Part shown: positions 39,365 to 49,990 of the stretch, piece after piece
Layout: each line of letters opens with the position of its first letter
Numbering within the stretch: position 1 is the stretch's first letter
Notes under the pieces: model-generated
The model's database searches: none
Told to the model about the DNA's origin: nothing
Seen by the model: only the letters and a program-made list of their open reading frames with translations
Translations under genes and position numbers: made by a program
NCBI GenBank assembly: GCA_046484135.1
Contig: JAWOBU010000232.1
Span: forward strand, 1-51,852
Origin: a bacterium
GTDB lineage: Bacteria; RBG-13-61-14; DATKZS01
Direction: 5' to 3'
DNA: 51,852 bases

Positions 39365-39376
39365 GTAAAACCTGTT

Positions 39377-39400
39377 CCCGGCTGCAAAGCCGGGTTTCCT
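39377..39400 (+). terminator. Possible terminator hairpin after plsY
   Basis: CCCGGCT-GCAA-AGCCGGG (GNRA loop) followed by TTTCCT. Confidence 0.45.
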
Positions 39401-39523
39401 GCGACGCGGCCGGGGCACAACTCCGGACGGCTCTCCCGGCCATCCAGGCAGATGTAATTTCCGTAACTCCGCTTTTATGCGGCAGGCCCGCCCATAGTAA
39501 GATGTTTGACAAGCTCCGGCGGT

Positions 39524-40129
39524 TCAGCTTACGCCTTCCGGCGCGGGCTGAGCGCGGCAGAGCACGAACCAGTTGGGCATGGGGTCTTCGCCCATTTTGA
39601 AGGCCCGGCCGATCACCACGTCCTTGGAGACCCACCTTAAGTTGTCCTTGGTGCCGCCGTACACGAAGTTGGTGGGAAAGACGTCGTTGGATTTTATCCG
39701 GGGCCATCCCGGCGGGTGCTCGTCCGGGAGACGGGTGTAGTCCACCTGGATTTCATACTCCGGCGCTTTGGGGTTCATCCCGCACACGTAGTAGCCGGGA
39801 CCGATCAGCCATCCTGCCGGCGAGTTGTTGTATCCGCAGATGTTGCCTTGGCTGTCCCGGTAGAACACTTTCTGGAAGCGGGTGAAAAGCGGCAGCGAGT
39901 TCTTGCCCTCGAAAGGAAAGTACTCGAGCGGCTCCGCGGAGTCGGGCACCACGAAGGAGAGGGAAAGGGGCTTCGAACCCTCCGCTATCTCCCAGAGCTT
40001 CTCCTGGTCCTTTCTTTTCAGCGCCACCACCTGGTCAACCTTTTCGGGGTGGTTCAGGCCATCCAGGTGCTCGGTAACCCGGCCGAGTTCGATGCCGGGC
40101 TCGCGTAACAGTTCGATTAAAGCAGGCAT
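39524..40129 (-). CDS. Hypothetical protein
   Basis: SD GGAGG before MPALIE; protein-like composition with aromatic/Gly/Pro motifs (FEGKNSLP, GPGYY, PPGWP, FVYG); last gene of a co-oriented run. Confidence 0.75.
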   Translation of the reverse strand: MPALIELLREPGIELGRVTEHLDGLNHPEKVDQVVALKRKDQEKLWEIAEGSKPLSLSFVVPDSAEPLEYFPFEGKNSLPLFTRFQKVFYRDSQGNICGYNNSPAGWLIGPGYYVCGMNPKAPEYEIQVDYTRLPDEHPPGWPRIKSNDVFPTNFVYGGTKDNLRWVSKDVVIGRAFKMGEDPMPNWFVLCRAQPAPEGVS

Positions 40130-40158
40130 TATAATCCTCCCAGCAAGCTCAATGCTTA

Positions 40159-40812
40159 CTACTTTGCGTGTTCGAGGACCCATACTTCCGGGCCGGAAGC
40201 GGGGACATCATCGTTTTTTATTTCTAATTCGCTTTTGCCGGTCTTTTTGACATTGGTCAGCAGTTTGGCGAACTCGTCCACTTCCGCTATGGGGAAGCCG
40301 CACTTGTCGGTCTTGTAGTGCATGGGGATGACCGCGCGGGGCTTCACCTGCTCGACCAGCTTGGCCGCTCCGTCAGGGTTTATGGTAAACACTCCTCCGA
40401 TGGGTGCCAGCAGGATGTCAATCTTTCCGAGCTTCTTCAACTGCTCGTCGTCCAATAGATGGCCCAGGTCGCCCATGAACCCGATCCGGAGCCCGTCCAC
40501 GGTAAAAGCGAACAGGGTGTTCTTTCCCCGCTCCGAGCCTCCGCTCTCGTCGTGAAAGGTGTCCACCGCGGTAAAGTCCATGCCCGCGGCCTTGCCGGAG
40601 CCGTAGAGCACTTCCGGGGCTCCTTTTATGCTCGCGGTGTAGTTGTGATCAACATGGTCGTGGCTTACCAGCACCACGTCCGCCTGGTCGTCCACCGCTT
40701 CGTAGGCGATCCCTCCCTCGAAGCAGCCGGGCTCATACGGGTCGGTTACGATCACGGTTCCATCCGAAGAGGTGATGGTGAAGCTGGCGTGTCCGTTCCA
40801 TTTGATCTTCAT
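40159..40812 (-). CDS. Metallo-beta-lactamase-fold hydrolase
   Basis: GHASF, TDPY, SHDHVDH, FHDE, GDLGH and IPMHY motifs. Confidence 0.92.
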   Translation of the reverse strand: MKIKWNGHASFTITSSDGTVIVTDPYEPGCFEGGIAYEAVDDQADVVLVSHDHVDHNYTASIKGAPEVLYGSGKAAGMDFTAVDTFHDESGGSERGKNTLFAFTVDGLRIGFMGDLGHLLDDEQLKKLGKIDILLAPIGGVFTINPDGAAKLVEQVKPRAVIPMHYKTDKCGFPIAEVDEFAKLLTNVKKTGKSELEIKNDDVPASGPEVWVLEHAK

Positions 40813-40860
40813 GAGGTCCTCCTTTCCAGGCGTTTGCCGGAGCGGTTCTGTCGTTTTTTT

Positions 40861-42702
40861 CTACTCCTCCGGATACATCCCGTCTATTTTGTCCTTGTAC
40901 TTGGACTCGATTATTCTTCGTTTCTTTTTCATGCTGGGAGTGAGCTCTCCGGTAATCTCGGAAAAGGGCTCCCGGAGCACCACGAACCTTTTGATCTGCT
41001 CGAACCGGGCCAGGTTTTGGTTAACCAGGTTTACCCTCTCTTCGATCAGCTTCTGGACCTCGGGGTGGTCAACCATCTCTTCGTTGGTGGCGGGCTCGAC
41101 TCCGTGGTTCTCCTGGAGCCAGCCTTTTATGTTCTCGAAGTCCGGGACCACCAGTGCTGTGATGTACTTCCTTCCGTCTCCGACCACGGAGACCATCTCG
41201 ATGTAAGGGTCGGTGTTGAACTCGTTCTCGATGGGCTGAGGCGCCACGTACTTTCCGCCGCTGGTTTTCAAAAGCTCTTTCTTGCGGTCGGTGATCTTCA
41301 GGAACCCGTCCTGGTCAATCTCTCCTATATCTCCGGTCGCGAACCATCCCCCGTCGAGCAGGACCTCGGCGGTGGCCTCGGGGTTGTTATGGTATCCCTT
41401 CATGACCTGGGGACCGCGCACCAGTATCTCGCCGTCCTCCGCTATCTTTTCTTCCACGTTCGAGAGGGGCTTTCCCACCGTGCCGATCTTGTTGTGCTTG
41501 GGGGTGTTGGCGTTGATGATGGGAGCGGTCTCGGTAAGACCGTATCCCTGGTAGAGGTCTATGCCCATTCCTCCGAAGAAGTAGATGATCTTGGGGTCTA
41601 TGGGTCCGCCCCCGGTATAGCTGTATTTCAACCGGTCGAGTCCCACTTCCTTTTTCACCTTTTCGAAAAGCCGGTTTGCCAGCTTGGACTGGAGCTTCAG
41701 GCCGATCGGAACGGGTTTCCCCTCCGAGGAAAGCTTGAAGGATTCTCCTCCCACTTTCAGGGCCCAGCCGAAAAGCTTCTGGGTCCGCTCCGGCTTGCTC
41801 TTCACGGTCTGGTTTATCTGGATGTAGAACTTCTCCCACAGCCTCGGCACCGACGACATGACGGTGGGCCGGCAGTCTTTGAGGTTCTTTCTCATCTCCA
41901 TGGTTTCCAGGCTGTCGGCCACGAACATGGTCCCGCCTATGTTGCCGCAGTTCAGAAGGTCGGAGGAGAACCCGAAGGAGTGGCACATGGGCAGATGGGC
42001 CAGGAAGACCTCGTTGTCCGAATAGTCGAACTCGGGCTCGATCACCCGCTGGCTCACGAAGCATCTGTGGGAGAGCATGACCCCCTTGGGAAGGCCGGTG
42101 GTGCCCGAGGTATAGATGATGGCGGCCAGGTCGTCCTCAGTGGTCGAGGCCATCCTCTTGTCCAGGTCTTCGTCCGAGTAAGAGCTCTGGCGGCCTTTCT
42201 CGAGAACCGCGTCAAAGCTCATGATAAAGTCGTCCGTGCCCTCCGGCAGTGGGTCCATGAGGATGATCTTCTCCAGGGTCTCGATCTTGTCCCGCATGGA
42301 AAGCGCCAGCTCCGCGTGCTTCATGGTGTCGCAGACCGCGAACCGGGCGCCCGAGTCCTGGAGTATCCAGGAGACCTCGTCCGGCTTGCTGTTCGGATAG
42401 ATGGGAACGTGCACGCCCCCGCTGAAGATGGCGGCGAGACACGCGTAGATCCAGCGCGGCCGGTTGGGGCCGTGCACTGCCAGCCGGTCCTTGGGCTCGA
42501 AGCCCATCTCCCAGAGCCCCTTGATAAAGGTCCGGATTATCTCGTCCGATTGCGCATAGGTCACCTCGTGCAGAGTGTTCGGGGTGCGCTCTCCTTTTTC
42601 GTTGAACCTCGAGATCATGTGGACCTTGTCCGGGTTCTGACGGGCGTTTCTGATCGCGGGACCGGTTATTATGTTGTCGCTGATTTCATAACTGTCACTC
42701 AT
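40861..42702 (-). CDS. Long-chain fatty acid-CoA ligase (AMP-binding)
   Basis: YTSGTTGLPKG, GYGLTE, TGDIG and DRKKELLKTSGGKYVAP motifs. Confidence 0.94.
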   Translation of the reverse strand: MSDSYEISDNIITGPAIRNARQNPDKVHMISRFNEKGERTPNTLHEVTYAQSDEIIRTFIKGLWEMGFEPKDRLAVHGPNRPRWIYACLAAIFSGGVHVPIYPNSKPDEVSWILQDSGARFAVCDTMKHAELALSMRDKIETLEKIILMDPLPEGTDDFIMSFDAVLEKGRQSSYSDEDLDKRMASTTEDDLAAIIYTSGTTGLPKGVMLSHRCFVSQRVIEPEFDYSDNEVFLAHLPMCHSFGFSSDLLNCGNIGGTMFVADSLETMEMRKNLKDCRPTVMSSVPRLWEKFYIQINQTVKSKPERTQKLFGWALKVGGESFKLSSEGKPVPIGLKLQSKLANRLFEKVKKEVGLDRLKYSYTGGGPIDPKIIYFFGGMGIDLYQGYGLTETAPIINANTPKHNKIGTVGKPLSNVEEKIAEDGEILVRGPQVMKGYHNNPEATAEVLLDGGWFATGDIGEIDQDGFLKITDRKKELLKTSGGKYVAPQPIENEFNTDPYIEMVSVVGDGRKYITALVVPDFENIKGWLQENHGVEPATNEEMVDHPEVQKLIEERVNLVNQNLARFEQIKRFVVLREPFSEITGELTPSMKKKRRIIESKYKDKIDGMYPEE

Positions 42703-42770
42703 CTTCTTCTATTCCCTCCTTATAAACAGGTTATGTACTGCTTTGATGTAATGCTGAAAATGATGAATGT

Positions 42771-42810
42771 TGTGCGAACGTCGTGAGTAGCGACTAAAGT
42801 CGCTCGCACG
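42771..42810 (+). repeat. 40-bp nested palindromic REP-like element, copy 2
   Basis: TGTGCGA-N12-GCGACTAAAGTCGC-TCGCACG; last 21 bp are 20/21 identical to 4736-4756. Confidence 0.7.
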
Positions 42811-42847
42811 AAAACATTTGTATAACACTATAGATTCATAGCGAGCT

Positions 42848-43672
42848 TCAGGAAAGCTCGATCACCCCGTTGTAAACTTCCTCGGCGGGCCCGCTCATCC
42901 GGACCCGGTTGGACTCCTTGTTCCACTCGATCTCGAGGTCTCCGCCGGGCAGGGACACGGTAAGCTCGCGGTCGGCAAGCCCCAGGTCGGCCATGACCAC
43001 GGCCGCGGCGCAGGCTCCGGTTCCGCAGGCCAGGGTGGCGCCCGCGCCTCTTTCCCACACCCGGACCTTGATGTGGTCTTTGGAGAGGACCTCGACGAAC
43101 TCGACGTTGGTCCGGTTTTTAAACCAGGGATGGGTCTCGATCCTGGGACCCACGGTCTCGAGGGGCACTTTATCCACCTCGTCCACCTGGATCACGCAAT
43201 GCGGGTTCCCCATGCTGACCGCGCTGATCTTGAAGATGTCGTCGTCAATAGACAGGCTTGCCAGCGAGACCTTTCCTTCGCCTTTTACGGGTATGCGGGA
43301 CGCCTCAAACTCCGGCTCTCCCATGTCCACCTTAACCAGCCCGTTTTCGACCCGCGGCCTGATGATGCCGGCCAGGGTCTCGACCTCGAGCTCCTCTTTG
43401 TCGGAAAGGCCCCGCTCCCGGATGTAGCGGGCCAGGCAGCGGATGCCGTTCCCGCACATCTCGACCTCGGAGCCGTCCGAGTTCAGGATCAGCATCCGGA
43501 AGTCAGCGGAGTCAGAGGGAAGAAGCACCAGCACCTGGTCGGCACCTATACCGAACCTGCGGCGGCACATGGACCGGGCCTGTTCGGCGCCGGGCACGAA
43601 CCCGGACTCCAGGCTGTCCAGCACAATCATGTCGTTGCCGAGCCCGTGCATCTTGGTAAAGGAAAGGTTCAT
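42848..43672 (-). CDS. dapF: Diaminopimelate epimerase
   Basis: KMHGLGND, EMCGNG, MGNPH, TNVEF and ERGAGATLACGTG motifs. Confidence 0.97.
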   Translation of the reverse strand: MNLSFTKMHGLGNDMIVLDSLESGFVPGAEQARSMCRRRFGIGADQVLVLLPSDSADFRMLILNSDGSEVEMCGNGIRCLARYIRERGLSDKEELEVETLAGIIRPRVENGLVKVDMGEPEFEASRIPVKGEGKVSLASLSIDDDIFKISAVSMGNPHCVIQVDEVDKVPLETVGPRIETHPWFKNRTNVEFVEVLSKDHIKVRVWERGAGATLACGTGACAAAVVMADLGLADRELTVSLPGGDLEIEWNKESNRVRMSGPAEEVYNGVIELS

Positions 43673-44940
43673 TCTTTCTCCCCGCTTGGCAAATCGGGCA
43701 CCTTCTCCTTGTCCGTAAGGTCGTCCAGTGTCTCCCGCTCCCGGATGAGAAAGCTCTCCGACCCGGACACCAGCACCTCGGGCGCCCGCGGCCTCGAGTT
43801 GTAGTTGCTGGCCATGCTGGCGCAGTAGGCGCCTGCGCTCATCACCGCGATCATCTCTCCGCCGGCAAGCCGCGGCAGCGGCCTGCTTTTCGCCAGGAAG
43901 TCGCCCGTCTCGCAGATCGGGCCCACCACGTCCACGGTCTCTTCTTCGGCGTCCCCCGGCTCGGTGACCGGCTTGATCTCGTGATAGGCGCCGTAAAGGG
44001 CCGGCCGGATACAGTCGTTCAAGGCTGCGTCAAGAATTATGAACTTCTTTTCATCGGTTTCCTTTACGTAGAGGACGCTGGACAGAAGTATTCCCGCGTT
44101 TCCGACAATAACCCGGCCGGGCTCCAGGATCAAGGTTACGTCCAGGCTTTTGGCCATGGCCAGTATTTCATCGGCGTACTCCTTCGGCAGCGGCGGCTTT
44201 TCATCAAAGTAGGTTATGCCCAGTCCTCCGCCCAGGTCCAGGTACCTGATGTCAAGCCCTTCCTGCCGGAGGGCCTGCACCAGCTCCATGAGTCGCATCA
44301 GCGCTTCCACGAAAGGAGAGGTCTGGGATATCTGCGACCCGATGTGGCAGTCCACACCCACCGGGTCCAGGTACTCCATCTTTTGCGCCCGGCGGTAGAG
44401 CTGCAACGCCTTTTTGGTGTCAATGCCGAACTTGGCCTCCCTCATGCCGGTCGAGATGTAAGGATGGGTCTTGGGGTCAACGTCGGGATTGACCCGCAAG
44501 GCAATGCGCGCACTCCGGCCCCAAGCGGCGCAAATTTTTTCCAGCCGGAAAAGCTCGGCTTCGCTCTCCACGTTGAACATGAGAACCCCGGCCTCCAGGG
44601 CGTCCCGGACCTCCCAGTCCATTTTGCCTACGCCCGAGAAAACCACTTTGGCGAGGTCCCCCCCTGCTTTCCGGACCCGGTGGAGCTCTCCTCCGCTTAC
44701 GATGTCAAAGCCGCCGCCCATCTTCGAGAAGAGGTTCAAAAGAGCCAGGTTGGATGATGCCTTCACCGAGTAACAGGTCAGGTGGTCTATCTCTGAAAAC
44801 GGCTCGTCAAAAGCCCGGAAGTGTCTCTCCAGGGTGGCCCGCGAGTAAACGTAGCACGGCGTGCCGTACCTCTCCGCTATCACGCTAAGCGGAACATCCT
44901 CGCAGTAAAGCTCCTTGTATTTGTACTCGAAGTGATGCAA
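43669..44940 (-). CDS. lysA: Diaminopimelate decarboxylase
   Basis: GTPCYVYS, YSVKA, HIGSQ, GGGLG, EPGR, GPICETGD and SNYNSR motifs; TTG start with AGGAGG SD. Confidence 0.97.
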   Translation of the reverse strand: MHHFEYKYKELYCEDVPLSVIAERYGTPCYVYSRATLERHFRAFDEPFSEIDHLTCYSVKASSNLALLNLFSKMGGGFDIVSGGELHRVRKAGGDLAKVVFSGVGKMDWEVRDALEAGVLMFNVESEAELFRLEKICAAWGRSARIALRVNPDVDPKTHPYISTGMREAKFGIDTKKALQLYRRAQKMEYLDPVGVDCHIGSQISQTSPFVEALMRLMELVQALRQEGLDIRYLDLGGGLGITYFDEKPPLPKEYADEILAMAKSLDVTLILEPGRVIVGNAGILLSSVLYVKETDEKKFIILDAALNDCIRPALYGAYHEIKPVTEPGDAEEETVDVVGPICETGDFLAKSRPLPRLAGGEMIAVMSAGAYCASMASNYNSRPRAPEVLVSGSESFLIRERETLDDLTDKEKVPDLPSGEKE

Positions 44941-45015
44941 TCTTCCTCCTCCTTGAACCGGCGGACTGATGAAACCGTGGAATACGCTCGGCAGGCGTTA
45001 CAATACAGAGAAATA

Positions 45016-45024
45016 ATTATATCA
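45016..45024 (-). promoter_or_regulatory. Putative extended -10 promoter for lysA-dapF
   Basis: Minus strand reads TGATATAAT (perfect TGnTATAAT) about 75 bp upstream of lysA. Confidence 0.55.
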
Positions 45025-45135
45025 GAAAGCCCCCTGAACTTTAAGCCGTGTTCGGAAGTGACCGGAACCTGCGTGTTGCTGTTTGAGCGGAAGCGGGAGG
45101 GGAAAGGGATTTGACTTGCCGAGCCGGGCCTGTAT

Positions 45136-47187
45136 ATGGTGGTTGCCATGCGTTTTAACCCTTTCCGGAAGTACACTGCACAAACATGCCTCCCGATTCT
45201 TTTGCGCCGTTCTCTGCTTGGCCTGGTTTTGTTGCTTGTCCTCCTGGTCCCGGCCCGGACTCCGGCAGGGGAAGGCGAATCTTTTATCCGGCCCGATCTT
45301 CCCGGCCTCTTTATAAAAGGAGTGAACTTTGACGCAGGCATGAAGCTTGCCCGGCAGCTTCCCGAGGGGGCCACCTGCCGTCTTTCCGGTCCGGGCCTCG
45401 ACCGCGAGGTTCCCTGTCATAAAAAGAGCGCATCTTTCGGCGAGATCAGGTTCAACCAGACCGGCCGTTACACCGTGGAGCTTAGTGCGGGCGAACACAG
45501 GCGGGAGATCGAGGTTAGGGTAATCCACGGGATATGGACCCTGCTTCCTCCGCTTCTGGCCATCGGGCTGGCGCTGCTCTTCCGGCAGGTGGTGGCCGCC
45601 CTGTGGGTGGCCATCTGGCTGGGCGCCTTCATTGTTTATGACTGGCGATTTTTCACCGCCATAGCCCGGTCGGTGGACCATTACATAATCAATGCCATGG
45701 CCGACCCGGGCAACGCGGCCATGCTGGTGTTCATCATTTTTATCGGCGGCATGATCGGCATGATATCCAAGAGCGGCGGCATCCAGGGCATAGTGGAGAT
45801 ACTGGCCCGGCGGGCCACCTCGCCGAAGCGGGGACAGGTGTCCACTTTTCTCATGGGGCTTTTCATCTTCTTTGACGATTACGCCAACACCATCATCGTG
45901 GGCAGCGCCATGCGTCCGGTGACCGACCGTCTCCGGGTTTCGCGGGAGAAGCTGTCCTACCTGGTGGACTCGACCGCGGCGCCGGTGGCCTCCATCTTTC
46001 CCATCTCCACCTGGATAGGCTACGAGGTCGGCCTTATAGACGCCGCGCTCTCGAGTATCGGGTCCGCGGAAAGCGGCTACATGGTGTTCCTCGAGTCCAT
46101 CCTCTACCGGTTTTATCCCATCCTGGCCCTGGCCCTGGTGGTCCTGGTCGCGCTTACCGGCAGGGACTTCGGCCCCATGCGCCGGGCGGAGAAAAGGGCC
46201 CGGCAGGGCAAGCCCATGCGGGACGGCGCTCTTCCCATGGCTTCATTGGAGAGCAAGAGCCTCGACCCGCCGGAAGGCAAGCCCCGCCGCTGGTACAACG
46301 CGCTCCTGCCGCTTGTCTTTGTCATAGGAATAACCTTTGTCGGACTGTGGATTAACGGGAAAAGCGCGCTGGGCGCGGAGGGCTATGAGCGGGTGTTGGC
46401 CGACTCCGCGGATTACGGCGCGCTTTTCGGCTATGTCTACATCCTGGGCCAGGTCTACTCCGAGGCCTCGCCCAATATCGTGCTGGCCTGGGCCAGCCTG
46501 TCCGGATGCATCATTACTGTCATCATGATCACCGTGCAACGGATACTTACCATGGGAGAAGCCATGAACGCCTGGCTCTCCGGGGTCGAGTCCATGGTCA
46601 TCGCTATTGTGGTTCTTCTTTTCGCCTGGAGCCTGGGACAGGTTTGCGAGGACCTCCACACCGCGGAGTACCTGACCACCAGCCTGGCGGGAGTGCTCTC
46701 GCCCCGGCTCCTGCCGGTTCTTACCTTTCTTTTGGCCTGCACCATAAGCTTTTCCACCGGCACCAGCTACGGGACCATGGCCATACTCATGCCCTTGGTG
46801 ATACCCATAGGAGCGGAGCTCGCCGGAGGCGCCGGTCTTTCTCCCGCGGATACCCACGTCATCATAGTGGGCTCGACAAGCTCGGTGCTGGCGGGCGCGG
46901 TTTTCGGAGACCACTGCTCTCCCATCTCCGACACCACCATCATGTCCAGCATGGCGACCTCCGCGGACCACGTGGACCACGTCCGGACCCAGGTACCTTA
47001 TGCTGTCCTGGCCGCGGTCACCGGCATCATCCTGGGCGACATCCCTACCGCATTCGGCATGAGCCCGCTTATCAGCATTGTGCTGGGTATCGGGGCCATG
47101 GCGGTCTTTCTTTACCTGGTCGGGCAGAAGGTGGATAAAAAATCGGAAAGCGTGCTAGAATCAGCGCCAGAGGGCAAGAACGAATGA
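45136..47187 (+). CDS. NhaC-family Na+/H+ antiporter or amino acid transporter with an extra N-terminal extracytoplasmic domain
   Basis: [30 protein letters not shown] and [11 protein letters not shown] motifs. Start uncertain (45136, 45148 or later). Confidence 0.88.
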   Translation: MVVAMRFNPFRKYTAQTCLPILLRRSLLGLVLLLVLLVPARTPAGEGESFIRPDLPGLFIKGVNFDAGMKLARQLPEGATCRLSGPGLDREVPCHKKSASFGEIRFNQTGRYTVELSAGEHRREIEVRVIHGIWTLLPPLLAIGLALLFRQVVAALWVAIWLGAFIVYDWRFFTAIARSVDHYIINAMADPGNAAMLVFIIFIGGMIGMISKSGGIQGIVEILARRATSPKRGQVSTFLMGLFIFFDDYANTIIVGSAMRPVTDRLRVSREKLSYLVDSTAAPVASIFPISTWIGYEVGLIDAALSSIGSAESGYMVFLESILYRFYPILALALVVLVALTGRDFGPMRRAEKRARQGKPMRDGALPMASLESKSLDPPEGKPRRWYNALLPLVFVIGITFVGLWINGKSALGAEGYERVLADSADYGALFGYVYILGQVYSEASPNIVLAWASLSGCIITVIMITVQRILTMGEAMNAWLSGVESMVIAIVVLLFAWSLGQVCEDLHTAEYLTTSLAGVLSPRLLPVLTFLLACTISFSTGTSYGTMAILMPLVIPIGAELAGGAGLSPADTHVIIVGSTSSVLAGAVFGDHCSPISDTTIMSSMATSADHVDHVRTQVPYAVLAAVTGIILGDIPTAFGMSPLISIVLGIGAMAVFLYLVGQKVDKKSESVLESAPEGKNE

Positions 47188-49838
47188 GCCGGGCGGCATA
47201 CAGGAAGTTCGGAGTGATATGGACGGCAGCGTCCACGGTGATCCTGGCAGTAGCCATTTTTGTGTCCCACCTTTTTATAGGGGGAGGTTCGTGGTTCACG
47301 GCCGTTATTGTGTCGGTCATAATGGGCTTTGCGGTCTCCGGGGTGCTGGGGGTTGTCTTCTATGTTTTTCGGAACAGGTTTTTGCGGGTGGGCACCATGG
47401 AGCGGGAGGAGGCCCGGGGTCTTTCCGACTCGCTCATGGAGGCGAGGAGGGGCGATCTTTCTTCGGCCTGGCCGGACATAAACCTCGAGGTCAACGGTGA
47501 TTCCCGGCAGATACCTTTCAGCAAGGTTTACGAGCAACTGGTGGGTGTGATGGCGGAAGCGGACCGGATGGGCACCCAGCTTAACGGTCTTTCCCAAGAG
47601 ATACTGGTGCAGGCGGCCAAGCTTTCCGAAGGGGCGGAAGACCAGCGTCAGTCCGTAACCGAGTCCACTCTATCTGTTGCCACCATAGACACCTCTACGC
47701 GGGAGATACTCGGGTCGGTGGCCGAGCTCGGGCAGCTCGGGGACAGCGTGTCCAGTTCGTCTTACCAGATGATGGCGAGCATTGACGAGGTCAACCGCAC
47801 GGTCCAGTCCTTGAGCGATATGGTAAAAGAGGTGGTCACAGCCATTGACCAGATAACCGGCAACATCCATGCGGTGGCCGAGTCCACCGAGACCCTTTCC
47901 GGCGCTGCCTCCCAGAGCAAGTCCTCCATGGAAGACATCGGCAAGACCACCAAGTCCATCCGGGACCGGGCCGAGTCTTCCGCGGGGATGTCGGAGAAGG
48001 CCCGGGAGGGGGCGTCCCACTCCAAGGAGCTTCTGGCCAGCGCAGTGTCCAAGATCAAGATACTCTCCGACAGCATTGACTCCACTCGCTCGGTCATGCA
48101 GGACTTGGGGGTCAAGTCCAGGTCCATCGGAGAGATACTGAACGTGATCTCTTCGGTTACCGCGGACACCCACCTTCTTTCTTTGAACGCCTCCATCATG
48201 GCGGCCAAGGCAGGCGAGCACGGCCGGGGGTTTGCCGTAGTGGCCCAGGAGATAAAAACCCTGGCCCAGCGGACCTCGGAGAGCGCCAAGGAGATCGAGG
48301 GACTGATCGTGTCCACCCAGGAGAGCGTGGACCGGGCCATCCAGGCCATCGAGGACGGCGTCCAGCAGGTCTCCGAGAGCATGAGCATATCCGAAGAAGC
48401 GGACCAGGCCCTGGCGGACGTGGTGAAAAAGACCCAGACCTCGGCGGAGAACGCCCGCCGCATTGCAAGCGACACCGACGGCCAGGCGGAGACGAGCGAG
48501 CAGGTGCTCACCGCGGCCGATGAGGTGGCCAACCGCACCGAGCTCATCAGGACGGCCATGCGCGAGCAGGAGGACTCCATAAAGTTTGTCCAATCCCGGT
48601 CCTCCGGCATGAAGGAACACATGGAGGGGGTGGCCCAGTCCATGTCCGAGCAGTCCGAGGCCAGCTCCAGGATATCGCAGTCCATGGAGACACTGACCGG
48701 CAGCATCGAGGGGATCCGCCAGTCCACCGAGGAGCAGGTCCGGAGCAACGAAGGCATAGTACACGCCATTGACGTGATCAGGAAAAAGGCGGACGTGGTG
48801 GCCATAAGCGCCCAGTACGTGAACAACACCGCCATGAGTGTTCTCCACCATTCCCATCTGCTCCAGCACGAGCTCAAGGGAATCCGGCTGCCGGAGAAAA
48901 AGGCCCGCTTCACTATTGGGCTCCTGTTCGACAACCTGCGGGAAGAAAGGTGGCAGAGGGAAGAGCGCATCTTTATCGAGTACGCCGAGAAGCTGGGCCT
49001 CAAGATAGAGTTCCGGGTGGCGGCAGGAGACCCGGCCAGGCAGTTGCAACTGGGCAGAGAGCTCCTGCAGGCCGGCGTGGACCTCATGATCGTGGTGGCG
49101 GTGGACGCGGAGCGGGCCGCCGAGATCATAAACGAAGCCAAGGAAAACAAGACCCCCGCCATCGCCTATGACCGGCTCATCAAAAAGACCCCTCTCGACC
49201 TGTTCGTGAGCTTCGATGCCGTGGGCATAGGGGAAATCCAGGCCAGGACCGCACTGGAGAAAGCACGCGGAAACCGGGTCATGGTGCTGGCGGGATCGCC
49301 TCATGACGTGAACGCTCATTTCCTTTACCAGGGACAGATGAAGGTGTTGAAGCCGGAGGCCGACCGAGGCTCCATAAAAATCGTGGATGAAGTATGGGTG
49401 CCGGACTGGGAGCCGCGCCAGGCGTATCAGTTGACCAAGAGAGTCATCGAACAGAAAGGGGCCATAGACGCGGTGGTGGCAGCCAACGACGGGACCGCGG
49501 GCGGAGCCATACAAGCCATAAAGGAACTCCTGCCCCGCGAAAAGGTCGCGGTAACCGGCATGGACGCGGAGCTGTCCGCCTGCCAGAGGATAGTGGAAGG
49601 CTCGCAGGCCATGTCCGTTTACATGCCCATCCGGCTCCAGGCCGTGCGGACCCTGGAAGCCGCACTGCTCATGCTCCACAACGAAGAGATACCCGGCATC
49701 ACCGACCGGGTGGACAATGAAGCCGCCCGGGTCCCCTCCATCCTTTTAAAACCCGTCAAGATAGACGCCGACAACCTGGAGGAAGTGGTGGTAAAAGACG
49801 GGTTCCACAAAAGGGAAGACATCTACCGTAAAGCTTGA
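47184..49838 (+). CDS. Methyl-accepting chemotaxis protein fused to a C-terminal XylF-like sugar-binding domain
   Basis: Two adjacent N-terminal TMs; signalling tip [31 protein letters not shown]; from about 48909 [37 protein letters not shown]. Confidence 0.88.
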   Translation: MSRAAYRKFGVIWTAASTVILAVAIFVSHLFIGGGSWFTAVIVSVIMGFAVSGVLGVVFYVFRNRFLRVGTMEREEARGLSDSLMEARRGDLSSAWPDINLEVNGDSRQIPFSKVYEQLVGVMAEADRMGTQLNGLSQEILVQAAKLSEGAEDQRQSVTESTLSVATIDTSTREILGSVAELGQLGDSVSSSSYQMMASIDEVNRTVQSLSDMVKEVVTAIDQITGNIHAVAESTETLSGAASQSKSSMEDIGKTTKSIRDRAESSAGMSEKAREGASHSKELLASAVSKIKILSDSIDSTRSVMQDLGVKSRSIGEILNVISSVTADTHLLSLNASIMAAKAGEHGRGFAVVAQEIKTLAQRTSESAKEIEGLIVSTQESVDRAIQAIEDGVQQVSESMSISEEADQALADVVKKTQTSAENARRIASDTDGQAETSEQVLTAADEVANRTELIRTAMREQEDSIKFVQSRSSGMKEHMEGVAQSMSEQSEASSRISQSMETLTGSIEGIRQSTEEQVRSNEGIVHAIDVIRKKADVVAISAQYVNNTAMSVLHHSHLLQHELKGIRLPEKKARFTIGLLFDNLREERWQREERIFIEYAEKLGLKIEFRVAAGDPARQLQLGRELLQAGVDLMIVVAVDAERAAEIINEAKENKTPAIAYDRLIKKTPLDLFVSFDAVGIGEIQARTALEKARGNRVMVLAGSPHDVNAHFLYQGQMKVLKPEADRGSIKIVDEVWVPDWEPRQAYQLTKRVIEQKGAIDAVVAANDGTAGGAIQAIKELLPREKVAVTGMDAELSACQRIVEGSQAMSVYMPIRLQAVRTLEAALLMLHNEEIPGITDRVDNEAARVPSILLKPVKIDADNLEEVVVKDGFHKREDIYRKA

Positions 49839-49990
49839 GAAACTTTGTCTGCCCGTCATGATCTTTTGTCTGTAAAATACAACCTTTGCAGGCAGCTTCC
49901 TTGAATGTTCTCCCCGCCCCGGATATCATACTTCAGCCAGTAAACGACAGTGATCTTCGGAGGTCTGTAGATTTGGACTGGCAGCATTAC

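Noticed and set aside
40459..42786. 775-aa + strand ORF, and similar long antisense ORFs (3103-4698, 47670-49679, 49856-51337, 19587-20765, 20452-21618)
   Set aside because: They lie opposite well-conserved genes, have no recognisable motifs, and are expected shadows in high-GC3 DNA.
44941..45135. Lysine riboswitch for lysA or the NhaC gene
   Set aside because: No AGAGGNGC-type core seen on either strand, and too little space between the putative promoters and start codons.
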